Positions 22,820 through 30,665 of a stretch of DNA of 55,526 nucleotides are shown here, in pieces. Numbering within the stretch: position 1 is the first letter of the stretch; each line of letters begins with the position of its first letter. The notes under the pieces are model-generated. The model saw only the letters and a list, made by a program, of their open reading frames with translations, was not told where the DNA came from and ran no database searches. The position numbers were made by a program, and so were the translations under genes. Source of the stretch: an uncultured Thiodictyon sp. (lineage in GTDB: Bacteria > Pseudomonadota > Gammaproteobacteria > Chromatiales > Chromatiaceae); NCBI RefSeq assembly GCF_903828115.1, contig NZ_CAIKKU010000632.1:1-55526 (forward strand), read 5' to 3'.

Positions 22820-25332
22820 CGCGTGCCCTCCTGGTTCACGGCGGATCGTCCATCCGCGCTCAGCCGGTCCGTATTGATCAGGAAGTTGTCCAGATAATCC
22901 CGGTAGAGTTGAACCATCTCCAATCCTGGGCTGCCCTGACCCAGCACCTCCATCGCCTCGGCCGACAGGTCCTTGAAGGCGTCCGCCGAGTCGGTCACGA
23001 TGAAGACGCAGCGCAGTCCGGATCGGCCGGACAGTGCGCCGAGCAGGGCCTTGAGCCCAGCCTCGTCCAACAGCACGGCGAATGGATTTCCCGGCGGGGC
23101 GAAGAAGACCGGCTCCGACTCACCGCGAGCAAACGCCGGCCGGGGTCCGATAGCCCCAGCCTTGAGCCAGAGCAACGGCAGGATCTCACGGAAGGCCCGC
23201 TTCAAGGCCACACGATCCTGGTCCAGGAACTCCAATTTGAAATAGGCCAGATTCGCCGCGAAGCCATCGGCCAGCGGGCGCTTCTCCTCCTCCGCGACCA
23301 GGATCGGCCCCAGCAACCCCTGAACCTCGCCCTTCAACGCCTCGAACCGGGCCTTGTTGGCGGTGACGATGTAGAGATCCGTGATGTGGTCCTGTCCGTC
23401 CAGGGCCGCGACCCAGTCTTCCGCCGCCGCCTCGTCGAACAGCACGCTGGCCTTGTGGTCCTCGGAGCAGATGAAGGGGCAGGGGTCCGTGACCAGGCTT
23501 TGCGGCAGGCCGTCGATCAGGGCCGCGAGTTGCTTCTTCTTGGCGGGGGTATCGAAGGCTCCCGCCGCGACGAATCCGATCTGGGTCACGCGCCGCGGAC
23601 GCTCGCGCTCGACCGTCTTGCCGGTCAGGTAGTCGCCCGGCAACCGGGTGCCGTCGTCGCGGCGACCCAGAATCGTGAACTTCGAGCGCGGCCAGGTCAC
23701 CGAGCGACAGATTCCACGATCCTCCCATTGATCGTCGCCGGGCCGCAAACCCCGTGATTGAAGGGCGTCCGCTTCGCTTCCCGCTACTTCGTTATTTGTA
23801 ACGAGGATACAGCGTCGCTTGCTGCCATCGATGGCGTTAAGGAGGTTCACAGCGTTTAGTGTGGTGCCACTACCAGCAAAGAAATCCACTACCAAGGCAT
23901 CACTCTTGCCCGCAACGAAGAATCGAATGGCGTCGCGCACTGCATAGATGCTCTTCGGGAATGGGAATTCCCCACCGGGAATGATTTGTTGCAAAATACC
24001 TGTGCCGTGACTACCCGCATCATAAGCCGTTTTGTTCCAGACGCTTCGAGGTGCTGTAGACTTCAATCCCAGAGCATACTGAACAATCAACTCGTTTGAC
24101 TGTCCGCGGCCGGTTACAACGATTTCCCCCCTTTTGATCTTTTCAAAAGAACCCGCAGATAAGTAATAGAAGGGGTACGAGCGCTTCTGGTGATCAATGC
24201 GTCCAGTCTTGAACCCTCCTTTTTCGCGGATCGAGCGGAGTGTTTCGGGGACAGCCGACCAGCTATATTGGCGACCATCCTTTATAGGGGGCCAAACAGC
24301 GATCGTTCCCTCCGGTATGGGGACACTGGCCTCGCCCTCATCTACTCCTATAGATTCGCCAATAGAGTGAAGGCTGAAATCGGACTTGTTTAAGAAAATC
24401 GGATACCAAGATCCTGGGTTGTTCGACCTAAGTCCTTTGCGCCCGGTTCGCGCAAGACCCCGCCATCGCACATGTGTCTCAGATGAGTAGTCTCGCTCGG
24501 TTAGCATGTCGCTGCCAAAAGATTGCAGCCGAATATCTCCAATGAATACGAAGAAAGCGTACTCTTCTACGCGTGAAAATTCGTTATATCGCGCAGTACC
24601 TTTCGGATTAATCACGATGCTGGTCATTTGCACATTGCAGCCGGGAAAAATTTGCTCTAACAGCAGTCCGAGGCGCAAGTATTCCTTCTCGTCAATTGTG
24701 ACAATGAGCACGGAATTGTTGGGATTAAGCAGCCGCTTCGCGAGTTTCAACCGCTTTTCCATGAACGACAGCCATTTCGAGTGCCGCCAGGCGTCGTTGC
24801 CATCCACGTAGTCGTTGTTGTACTTCCAGTCCCGAGCGCCGGTATTGTAAGGCGGGTCGATATAGATGCAGTCCACCTTGCCGGCGTAGAGATAGGTCAG
24901 CAGTTGCAGTGCGTGGAAGTTGTCTGCCTCGATCAGGCAGTGCCAGGGGGCTCCCGCCGGGCCGTTCTGGACCTGATCCATCGGCACCAGGGCGGGGAAG
25001 ATCGGCTCGCCGAACTGACGTACCACAGTCAACTCGTCGACCGGCCAGTCCCAGGGGTCGCCGGCACCGGGAGCGCCCTCGGGCCGGACGCAGTGGGCCA
25101 TCCCCTCGCTCACTCGACGCACTCGCCAGAGGTCGGTCAGCGTGCCGCCCGTGCGTGCCACCAGGTCGCCGCGCCGCGGCCGGGCCTGCGGGATGGGGAC
25201 CAACTCCGGCAAGTGGCGGTCGAACACCAGGCCGAACTTCCTGGTCTTCTGCGCCTGCGCCCACTCGCGCCGCAACTGCTCGCGCAGCCTGGGTTCCTGG
25301 ACCTGGGCAATCAGATCGTCGATGGCAGACAA
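22816..25332 (-). CDS. mod: Type III restriction-modification Mod subunit, beta-class amino-methyltransferase
   Basis: Motif IV IYIDPPYN precedes motif I VVDFFAGSGTT, with a TRD between them; TTG start after GAGGA. Confidence 0.9.
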   Translation of the reverse strand: MSAIDDLIAQVQEPRLREQLRREWAQAQKTRKFGLVFDRHLPELVPIPQARPRRGDLVARTGGTLTDLWRVRRVSEGMAHCVRPEGAPGAGDPWDWPVDELTVVRQFGEPIFPALVPMDQVQNGPAGAPWHCLIEADNFHALQLLTYLYAGKVDCIYIDPPYNTGARDWKYNNDYVDGNDAWRHSKWLSFMEKRLKLAKRLLNPNNSVLIVTIDEKEYLRLGLLLEQIFPGCNVQMTSIVINPKGTARYNEFSRVEEYAFFVFIGDIRLQSFGSDMLTERDYSSETHVRWRGLARTGRKGLRSNNPGSWYPIFLNKSDFSLHSIGESIGVDEGEASVPIPEGTIAVWPPIKDGRQYSWSAVPETLRSIREKGGFKTGRIDHQKRSYPFYYLSAGSFEKIKRGEIVVTGRGQSNELIVQYALGLKSTAPRSVWNKTAYDAGSHGTGILQQIIPGGEFPFPKSIYAVRDAIRFFVAGKSDALVVDFFAGSGTTLNAVNLLNAIDGSKRRCILVTNNEVAGSEADALQSRGLRPGDDQWEDRGICRSVTWPRSKFTILGRRDDGTRLPGDYLTGKTVERERPRRVTQIGFVAAGAFDTPAKKKQLAALIDGLPQSLVTDPCPFICSEDHKASVLFDEAAAEDWVAALDGQDHITDLYIVTANKARFEALKGEVQGLLGPILVAEEEKRPLADGFAANLAYFKLEFLDQDRVALKRAFREILPLLWLKAGAIGPRPAFARGESEPVFFAPPGNPFAVLLDEAGLKALLGALSGRSGLRCVFIVTDSADAFKDLSAEAMEVLGQGSPGLEMVQLYRDYLDNFLINTDRLSADGRSAVNQEGTR

Positions 25333-25362
25333 GGAAGTTCCTCTTCTTGTGAAGTCGCGGGG

Positions 25363-25701
25363 TCAGGTGTCGTCGCGGTCCGCCGGTTCCCGCATCCACC
25401 TGGCGATATCGCGCTTGCCATGGAGCACGCGCCAGACATCGATGTGGTCGTCGCGCTCGCAGTAGAAAACGAGGTGGGGGTAACGCGCCAAGGGCCAGGA
25501 ACGCAAGCCCGGCAGGTCCAACTCAAAGGCGTAGCGCGCCGACCCGGTAGCCGGGTGGGCGCCGATGTGGGCGTAGGCCCGCTCCAAGGCGTCAATGAAG
25601 CCCAGCGCGGCGGGCGCGGCGTCCGCCGCCAGATAGTCGTCGATGATTGCCTCAACATCCCGCATGGCCCGTTCGCGCGGGATGACGGGCTTGCCGGTCA
25701 C
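25363..25701 (-). CDS. parE: RelE/ParE family toxin
   Basis: A.RDVEAIIDDY, HPATGS, LRSWPL..YPHLVFY and VWRVLHGKRD motifs; GTGA overlap with the antitoxin. Confidence 0.9.
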   Translation of the reverse strand: MTGKPVIPRERAMRDVEAIIDDYLAADAAPAALGFIDALERAYAHIGAHPATGSARYAFELDLPGLRSWPLARYPHLVFYCERDDHIDVWRVLHGKRDIARWMREPADRDDT

Positions 25702-25937
25702 TGCGCAGAACCCTGGCCGGCACGCGTGCGCAGGGCTTTGAAATAGGCCCGGTCGGCCGGCGCCGCCGGGGCGGAGTCGGCGCCGATGAGCAGCAAGCCG
25801 CGCAGCCGTTGCCGATCCTGGTCGCGCCGGATCAGGTCGCGCACGTACTCGCTGCTACTGCCGAAGCGGCGGCCGGCCACCTGCTCGTCCACATAGGACT
25901 TGAGCGTGTCGGGCAGGGAGATGTTCATGGTACTCAT
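25698..25937 (-). CDS. parD: ParD-like RHH antitoxin
   Basis: MNISLPDTLKSYVDEQV...SSSEYVRDLIRRDQ ribbon-helix-helix. Confidence 0.9.
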   Translation of the reverse strand: MSTMNISLPDTLKSYVDEQVAGRRFGSSSEYVRDLIRRDQDRQRLRGLLLIGADSAPAAPADRAYFKALRTRAGQGSAQ

Positions 25938-26004
25938 GCCGTCAGCGTAGCGACGATGGCAAGTTTTGGCAAGACGGGGTGCTGTCGGTTCGGCGCGGGT
26001 GGCA

Positions 26005-26499
26005 TCATTTCTGCGCTTCTTTCAGGGGCAGGAAGAGTTGCCGTGGGACCAGCCCAAAAGGTGCAAAACCCTGGTGACGATAAAATGCCTCGGCCTGCTC
26101 ATTCTTGGCATCAACCACCAGGGCAAAGACCGCCACCTCGGAACGCGCGGCGCGCGTAAGCGCGTCCCAGAGCATGGCGCTGCCGAGACCCCGGCCTTGA
26201 TCGTCCTGAGCGACGGCCAGGCGACCCAGCCGCGCGACGGGGATCGACGGATACCGCGGCAGACGTTTGACCAGCGACTCCGGCAGGTCGCCCAAAGGGA
26301 TGCCGGCGGCGGCCAGCGTGTAGTACCCGACCACCCGTAAAGTTGTTGCCTCGACGGCGACATAGCCGGCCGTCAGGCGGCGGCGCATATCCTGGGTGAC
26401 GCGCTCGGCGAAGTATCGATCCAACGCCTCGACGCCACAGGCAAAGCCCTTTCGGTCATGGTGGGGCGCCAGCGCCTGAAGTCGAAACGGGGCCGTCAC
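26005..26499 (-). CDS. tacT: GNAT acetyltransferase toxin (TacT/AtaT-like)
   Basis: HDRKGFACGVEALDRY, LGRLAV..QGRGLG and VDAKNEQAEAFY..GF motifs; downstream of a DUF1778 gene with GTGA overlap. Confidence 0.9.
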   Translation of the reverse strand: MTAPFRLQALAPHHDRKGFACGVEALDRYFAERVTQDMRRRLTAGYVAVEATTLRVVGYYTLAAAGIPLGDLPESLVKRLPRYPSIPVARLGRLAVAQDDQGRGLGSAMLWDALTRAARSEVAVFALVVDAKNEQAEAFYRHQGFAPFGLVPRQLFLPLKEAQK

Positions 26500-26780
26500 T
26501 CGGAACCGAACAGTCGGGCGTGGGCCTCTTGGGCGCGGCGCAGCGCGGGCGTCGGGGCCGGGGGATCGAGCAGCGCCTCGACGAAGCGCCGTTGATCCTC
26601 GGCGGAAAGCCGGATGATGCTGGTCTCCTCGATGGCGCGGTGCGCGGCCTCCTGCGCGGCAGCAACGACAAAATCGCTGACGCTGCGCCCCTGGATCTCG
26701 GCGGCACGTTTGACCAGCACCAGCGCCTCGGGCGCAATGCGCGCCTCGAGGCGCGCGGTGCGGTTGGATGTAACCGGCAT
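26496..26780 (-). CDS. tacA: DUF1778 RHH antitoxin (TacA/AtaR-like)
   Basis: ARLEARI...KRAAEIQGRSVSDFVV..IRLSAEDQRRFVEALLDPP. Confidence 0.92.
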   Translation of the reverse strand: MPVTSNRTARLEARIAPEALVLVKRAAEIQGRSVSDFVVAAAQEAAHRAIEETSIIRLSAEDQRRFVEALLDPPAPTPALRRAQEAHARLFGSE

Positions 26781-26849
26781 GATGGATCTCCTTAAATTTT
26801 TCTACCTCATTATGTACGGCAGAGTGACGAACATGTCAAGCGCCGCAAG

Positions 26850-26893
26850 TGTCAAGCGTAGTTGACAATAGGTGCTGTCAGTTATAACTTACG
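26850..26893 (+). promoter_or_regulatory. Two PpsR/CrtJ boxes overlapping a sigma70-type bchG promoter
   Basis: TGTcaagcgtagttgACA (26850-26867, perfect TGT-N12-ACA) and TGTcagttataacttACG (26876-26893), 8 bp apart; TTGACA at 26862 and TAACTT at 26885 with a 17 bp spacer. Confidence 0.85.
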
Positions 26894-26896
26894 CCC

Positions 26897-27805
26897 ATGA
26901 ATGCTCCCGCGCCCCCCCCGGCCGCCGCCGGCCGTCCGTCCCCCGCGGCGGTGCTCGAACTCCTGAAGCCGATCACCTGGTTTCCCCCCATGTGGGCCTT
27001 TGCCTGCGGTGTGGTGTCCTCCGGGATACCGATCGCCGAGCGCTGGCAGTATTTCGTGCTCGGGGTCATCCTCGCCGGTCCCATGGTGTGTGCGACCAGC
27101 CAGGCGGTGAACGATTGGTTCGACCGCCATGTGGATGAGATCAACGAGCCCCATCGCCCCATCCCCTCCGGGCGGATCCCGGGGCGCTGGGGGCTTTATA
27201 TCGCCATCATCTGGACCATCCTGTCGGCGCTCCTGGCCGCGACGCTCGGCACCTGGGTCTTCTGGTCGGCGGCCCTCGGGTTGGTGCTGGCCTGGGCCTA
27301 CAGTGCCCCGCCGGCGCGCCTCAAGGCCAACGGCTGGTGGGGAAACCTGGCGGTCGGCATGTCTTACGAGAGTCTGGCCTGGATTACCGGGGCGGCCGTA
27401 ATGCTGTCCGGCGCCCTGCCCAACTGGCGCGTCCTGGCCCTGGCCGGACTCTATGGTCTGGGCGCCCACGGGATCCTGACCCTGAACGATTTCAAGGCGA
27501 TCGAGGGCGATACCCGCATGGGCGTGCGCTCCCTGCCGGTCCAACTGGGCGTCAAGGGCGCGGCCTGGGCCGCCTGCCTTTTCATGGCCCTGCCGCAGGT
27601 CGTCGTGGTGCTGCTGCTGTTCGCCTGGGACCGACCGCTCAACGCCGCCGCGGTCGCGGTCGTGCTGCTGATCCAGGTCGGGATGATGGTACGCTTCCTC
27701 GGCGACCCGGTCGGGCGCGCCCTGTGGCTCAGCGCGATCGGCGTCAGCGTCTATGTGACCGGGATGATGATCAGCGCCTTCGCGGTGCGGAGTCTCGCCC
27801 CGTGA
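26897..27805 (+). CDS. bchG: Bacteriochlorophyll synthase
   Basis: ELLKPITWFPPMWAF, NDWFDRHVDEINEPHRPIPSGR and LNDFKAIEGD (UbiA family). Confidence 0.97.
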   Translation: MNAPAPPPAAAGRPSPAAVLELLKPITWFPPMWAFACGVVSSGIPIAERWQYFVLGVILAGPMVCATSQAVNDWFDRHVDEINEPHRPIPSGRIPGRWGLYIAIIWTILSALLAATLGTWVFWSAALGLVLAWAYSAPPARLKANGWWGNLAVGMSYESLAWITGAAVMLSGALPNWRVLALAGLYGLGAHGILTLNDFKAIEGDTRMGVRSLPVQLGVKGAAWAACLFMALPQVVVVLLLFAWDRPLNAAAVAVVLLIQVGMMVRFLGDPVGRALWLSAIGVSVYVTGMMISAFAVRSLAP

Positions 27806-29145
27806 GCAGGCCGGACGGCGCGCCCTTCGGCTGGCTCGGGATCTTCCGGCTCGGGCTGGTCCAGGCCGCCCTGGGGGCCATCGTGGTCCTCACCACCTCG
27901 ACGCTGAACCGGGTCATGGTGGTCGAACTGGCGCTCCCGGCCATGCTCCCCGGCGCCCTGGTGGCGCTGCACTACGCGGTGCAGGTGCTGCGTCCGCGCC
28001 TGGGCTACGGGTCGGACCTGGGCGGTCGCCGCACCCCCTGGATCATCGGCGGCATGGCGGTCCTGGCCGCCGGCGGCGTGCTGGCGGCCCTGGCCACGGT
28101 GCTGATGTTCACCGAGCGGACGGCGGGTATGGTGCTCGCGGTCCTGGCCTTCATGATGGTCGGGGGCGGCGTCGGCGCCTGCGGGACCTCGCTCCTGGTG
28201 CTGCTGGCCAAGCGGGTCGATGAGCGCCGCCGGGCGGGCGCCGCGACCGCGGTGTGGCTGATGATGATTGTCGGCTTCGTGGTCACCGCGGGCCTCGCCG
28301 GGCACTTTCTTGATCCTTTCTCACCGGCGCGGTTACTGCTGGTGAGCGCGGTCGTCTCCGCCGTCGCCTTCGTCGTCACCCTGCTCGCGACCCTCGGGAT
28401 CGAGGGGCGCACCGCGGCCCCCGCGACGTCAGGGACGCGCCCAACGCCCTTCCGCACGGCCATGGCGCAGGTCTGGTCCGAGCCCCGGGCGCGGCGCTTC
28501 ACCATCTTCATCTTCGTCTCCATGCTCGCCTACAGTGCCCAGGACCTGATCCTGGAACCCTATGCCGGGACCGTCTTCGGGATGACCCCGGGGGCCTCGA
28601 CCGGGCTCGCGTCGGTGCAGCACGGCGGGGTCCTCGTCGGGATGCTGTTACTGGCCGTCCTGGGCAGTACCGCCTGGGGGCGGCGCCTGTGTTCGATGCA
28701 GACCTGGACCTTCATCGGCTGTATCGCCTCGGCCCTGGCCCTGGGCAACCTCGCCGCCGGCGGTCTGGTCGGGGCCGGGTTCCCGCTGCGTCAGGCGGTC
28801 TTTCTGCTGGGGGCCGCGAACGGACTCTTTGCAGTGGCCGCCATCGGCTCCATGATGGGCCTGGTGGGGGAGGGCAGGGAGGATCGCGAGGGGGTACGGA
28901 TGGGTCTTTGGGGCGCCGCGCAGGCCGTCGCCTATGCCGTGGGCGGCTTCCTGGGTACCGCCGCCATCGACCTCACGCGTCAACTCATGGACTCGCCCGC
29001 CCCGGCCTACGCCGCCGTCTTCGGCGCCGAGGCCGTCCTGTTCCTGGTCGCCGCCGCCCTGGCCAAGCAAGTCGTCCGCCCGGACGCAGCCCCCGCGACC
29101 GCGACGCCAGTCCTGACCGAGCAGTCCGCCGCGGCCGACTGCTGA
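27802..29145 (+). CDS. BCD/PucC-family MFS transporter (bch2-like)
   Basis: GTGA overlap with bchG; RLGLVQ..STLNRVMVVEL, GYGSD..RRTPWI and QDLILEP motifs; sits between bchG and bchP. Confidence 0.93.
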   Translation: MSRPDGAPFGWLGIFRLGLVQAALGAIVVLTTSTLNRVMVVELALPAMLPGALVALHYAVQVLRPRLGYGSDLGGRRTPWIIGGMAVLAAGGVLAALATVLMFTERTAGMVLAVLAFMMVGGGVGACGTSLLVLLAKRVDERRRAGAATAVWLMMIVGFVVTAGLAGHFLDPFSPARLLLVSAVVSAVAFVVTLLATLGIEGRTAAPATSGTRPTPFRTAMAQVWSEPRARRFTIFIFVSMLAYSAQDLILEPYAGTVFGMTPGASTGLASVQHGGVLVGMLLLAVLGSTAWGRRLCSMQTWTFIGCIASALALGNLAAGGLVGAGFPLRQAVFLLGAANGLFAVAAIGSMMGLVGEGREDREGVRMGLWGAAQAVAYAVGGFLGTAAIDLTRQLMDSPAPAYAAVFGAEAVLFLVAAALAKQVVRPDAAPATATPVLTEQSAAADC

Positions 29146-29193
29146 TGCCTTTTCACTATCGGCAGCATCCTGCCGGCTGTTTATTCTTACTAT

Positions 29194-29224
29194 ATCCTGA
29201 AATCGCCTTAAGCGATTTCAGGAT
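29194..29224. other. 13-bp perfect hairpin abutting the bchP ribosome-binding site
   Basis: atcctgaaatcgc-cttaa-gcgatttcaggat, immediately followed by GGAGG. Confidence 0.7.
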
Positions 29225-29235
29225 GGAGGCGGGTG

Positions 29236-30438
29236 ATGATCGACACTGAGCGCTTCGAGGTGGTGGTGGTGGGCGGCGGCCCCGCCGGTGCGACGGCCGC
29301 GACCGACCTGGCCCGCGCCGGCCGCTCGGTGCTGCTGCTCGACCGGGCCGGGCGCATCAAGCCCTGCGGCGGGGCCATTCCGCCCCAGGCCATGCGCGAG
29401 TTCGACCTGCCGGCGCACCTGCTGTGCGCCCATATCAACTCCGCCCGGATGATCGCGCCCTCCGAGCGCCAGGTGGATATGCCGATCGAGAACGGCTTCG
29501 TCGGCATGGTCAAGCGCGATGTCTTCGACGAGTGGCTGCGGGCGCGGGCGGCCGAGCACGGCGCGGTGCGTCGCACCGGCACCTTTACCGAACTGGTCCG
29601 CACCGCCGACGGCGATGTCACCGTGCGCTACGCGGTCGAGGTGGACGGCGGCAAGGCCGAGATCCACGAGGTGCGCGCCCGCTGCGTGATCGGGGCCGAC
29701 GGTGCCCGCTCCCGGGTGGCGCGCCAGTGCGTCCCCGGGGCGGACAAGATGCCCTGTGTCAGTGCCTATCACGAGATCGTGCGCTCCCCCAAGGACGGCG
29801 AGAACGGCTTCCAGGCCAACCGCTGCGATGTCTACTACCAGGGCAAGATCTCGCCGGACTTCTATGGCTGGGTCTTCCCGCACGGGGACACCACCAGTGT
29901 CGGCGTGGGCACGGCGCAGAGCGGCTTTTCACTGCGCGAGGCGACGCGCGAACTGCGCCAGGCCGCGGGGCTCGCGGACGCAGAAACGCTGCGCCGCGAG
30001 GGCGCCCCCATCCCGCTGCGCCCCCTGGGCCGCTGGGACGACGGGCGCAACGTGGTGCTGGCGGGGGATGCCGCCGGGGTTGTCGCCCCGGCCTCCGGTG
30101 AGGGTATCTATTACGCGCTGGCGGGCGGGCGCTTCGCCGCCGAGGCGGCGAAGGCCTTCTGCGCCACCGGCGATGTCCGCAGCCTCAAGTCGGCCCGCAA
30201 GGGGTTCATGAAGGCCCACGGGCGCGTCTTCTGGGTCCTGGGGATCATGCAGCGCTTCTGGTACTCCAGCGACAAGCGGCGCGAGCGCTTCGTGAAGATG
30301 TGCGCGGACCCGGACGTGCAGCAGCTCACCTGGGAGGCCTACATGAACAAGCGCCTGGTCAAGTCGCGGCCGGCGGCCCATATCCGCGTCTTCTTCAAGG
30401 ACATGGGGCATCTCCTGGGGCTGGTCTCGGCCAAATGA
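29236..30438 (+). CDS. bchP: Geranylgeranyl-bacteriochlorophyll reductase
   Basis: VVGGGPAG, IKPCGGAIP, FYGWVFPHG and LAGDAAG..SGEGIYYA motifs; start GTG 29233 or ATG 29236. Confidence 0.97.
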   Translation: MIDTERFEVVVVGGGPAGATAATDLARAGRSVLLLDRAGRIKPCGGAIPPQAMREFDLPAHLLCAHINSARMIAPSERQVDMPIENGFVGMVKRDVFDEWLRARAAEHGAVRRTGTFTELVRTADGDVTVRYAVEVDGGKAEIHEVRARCVIGADGARSRVARQCVPGADKMPCVSAYHEIVRSPKDGENGFQANRCDVYYQGKISPDFYGWVFPHGDTTSVGVGTAQSGFSLREATRELRQAAGLADAETLRREGAPIPLRPLGRWDDGRNVVLAGDAAGVVAPASGEGIYYALAGGRFAAEAAKAFCATGDVRSLKSARKGFMKAHGRVFWVLGIMQRFWYSSDKRRERFVKMCADPDVQQLTWEAYMNKRLVKSRPAAHIRVFFKDMGHLLGLVSAK

Positions 30439-30480
30439 AGAAGTAGCGTTCGCGTCGGCTGAGACTATCGGGACAGGATC

Positions 30481-30622
30481 AGTAGCGAGTTAAGAACAAG
30501 TTAAGCACAATCGTTGTCGTTGTCGTTTTCGTAATCGGAGAAGCGATGCACTTTGGGGTGCGAAAGAACGCGGGGCGCTTCGATAACCTCGATTACGACA
30601 ACGACAACGACAACGACAACGA
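30481..30622 (+). repeat. ~140 bp dispersed element with (GTTGTC)n/(GACAAC)n arms, copy B
   Basis: Homologous to the reverse complement of 13435-13581; lies between bchP and ppsR. Confidence 0.85.
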
Positions 30623-30665
30623 AAAGACCTGACAGCGGCCGACAAATGAGTTAAATACGACGACA

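Noticed and set aside
22816-25332. Phase-variable mod (phasevarion)
   Set aside because: No simple-sequence repeat tract seen in or upstream of the ORF.
26834-26858. TGTCAAGCG repeated twice as an island attachment site
   Set aside because: Only 9 bp, one copy is the PpsR box, and no matching copy was seen at the island's left end.
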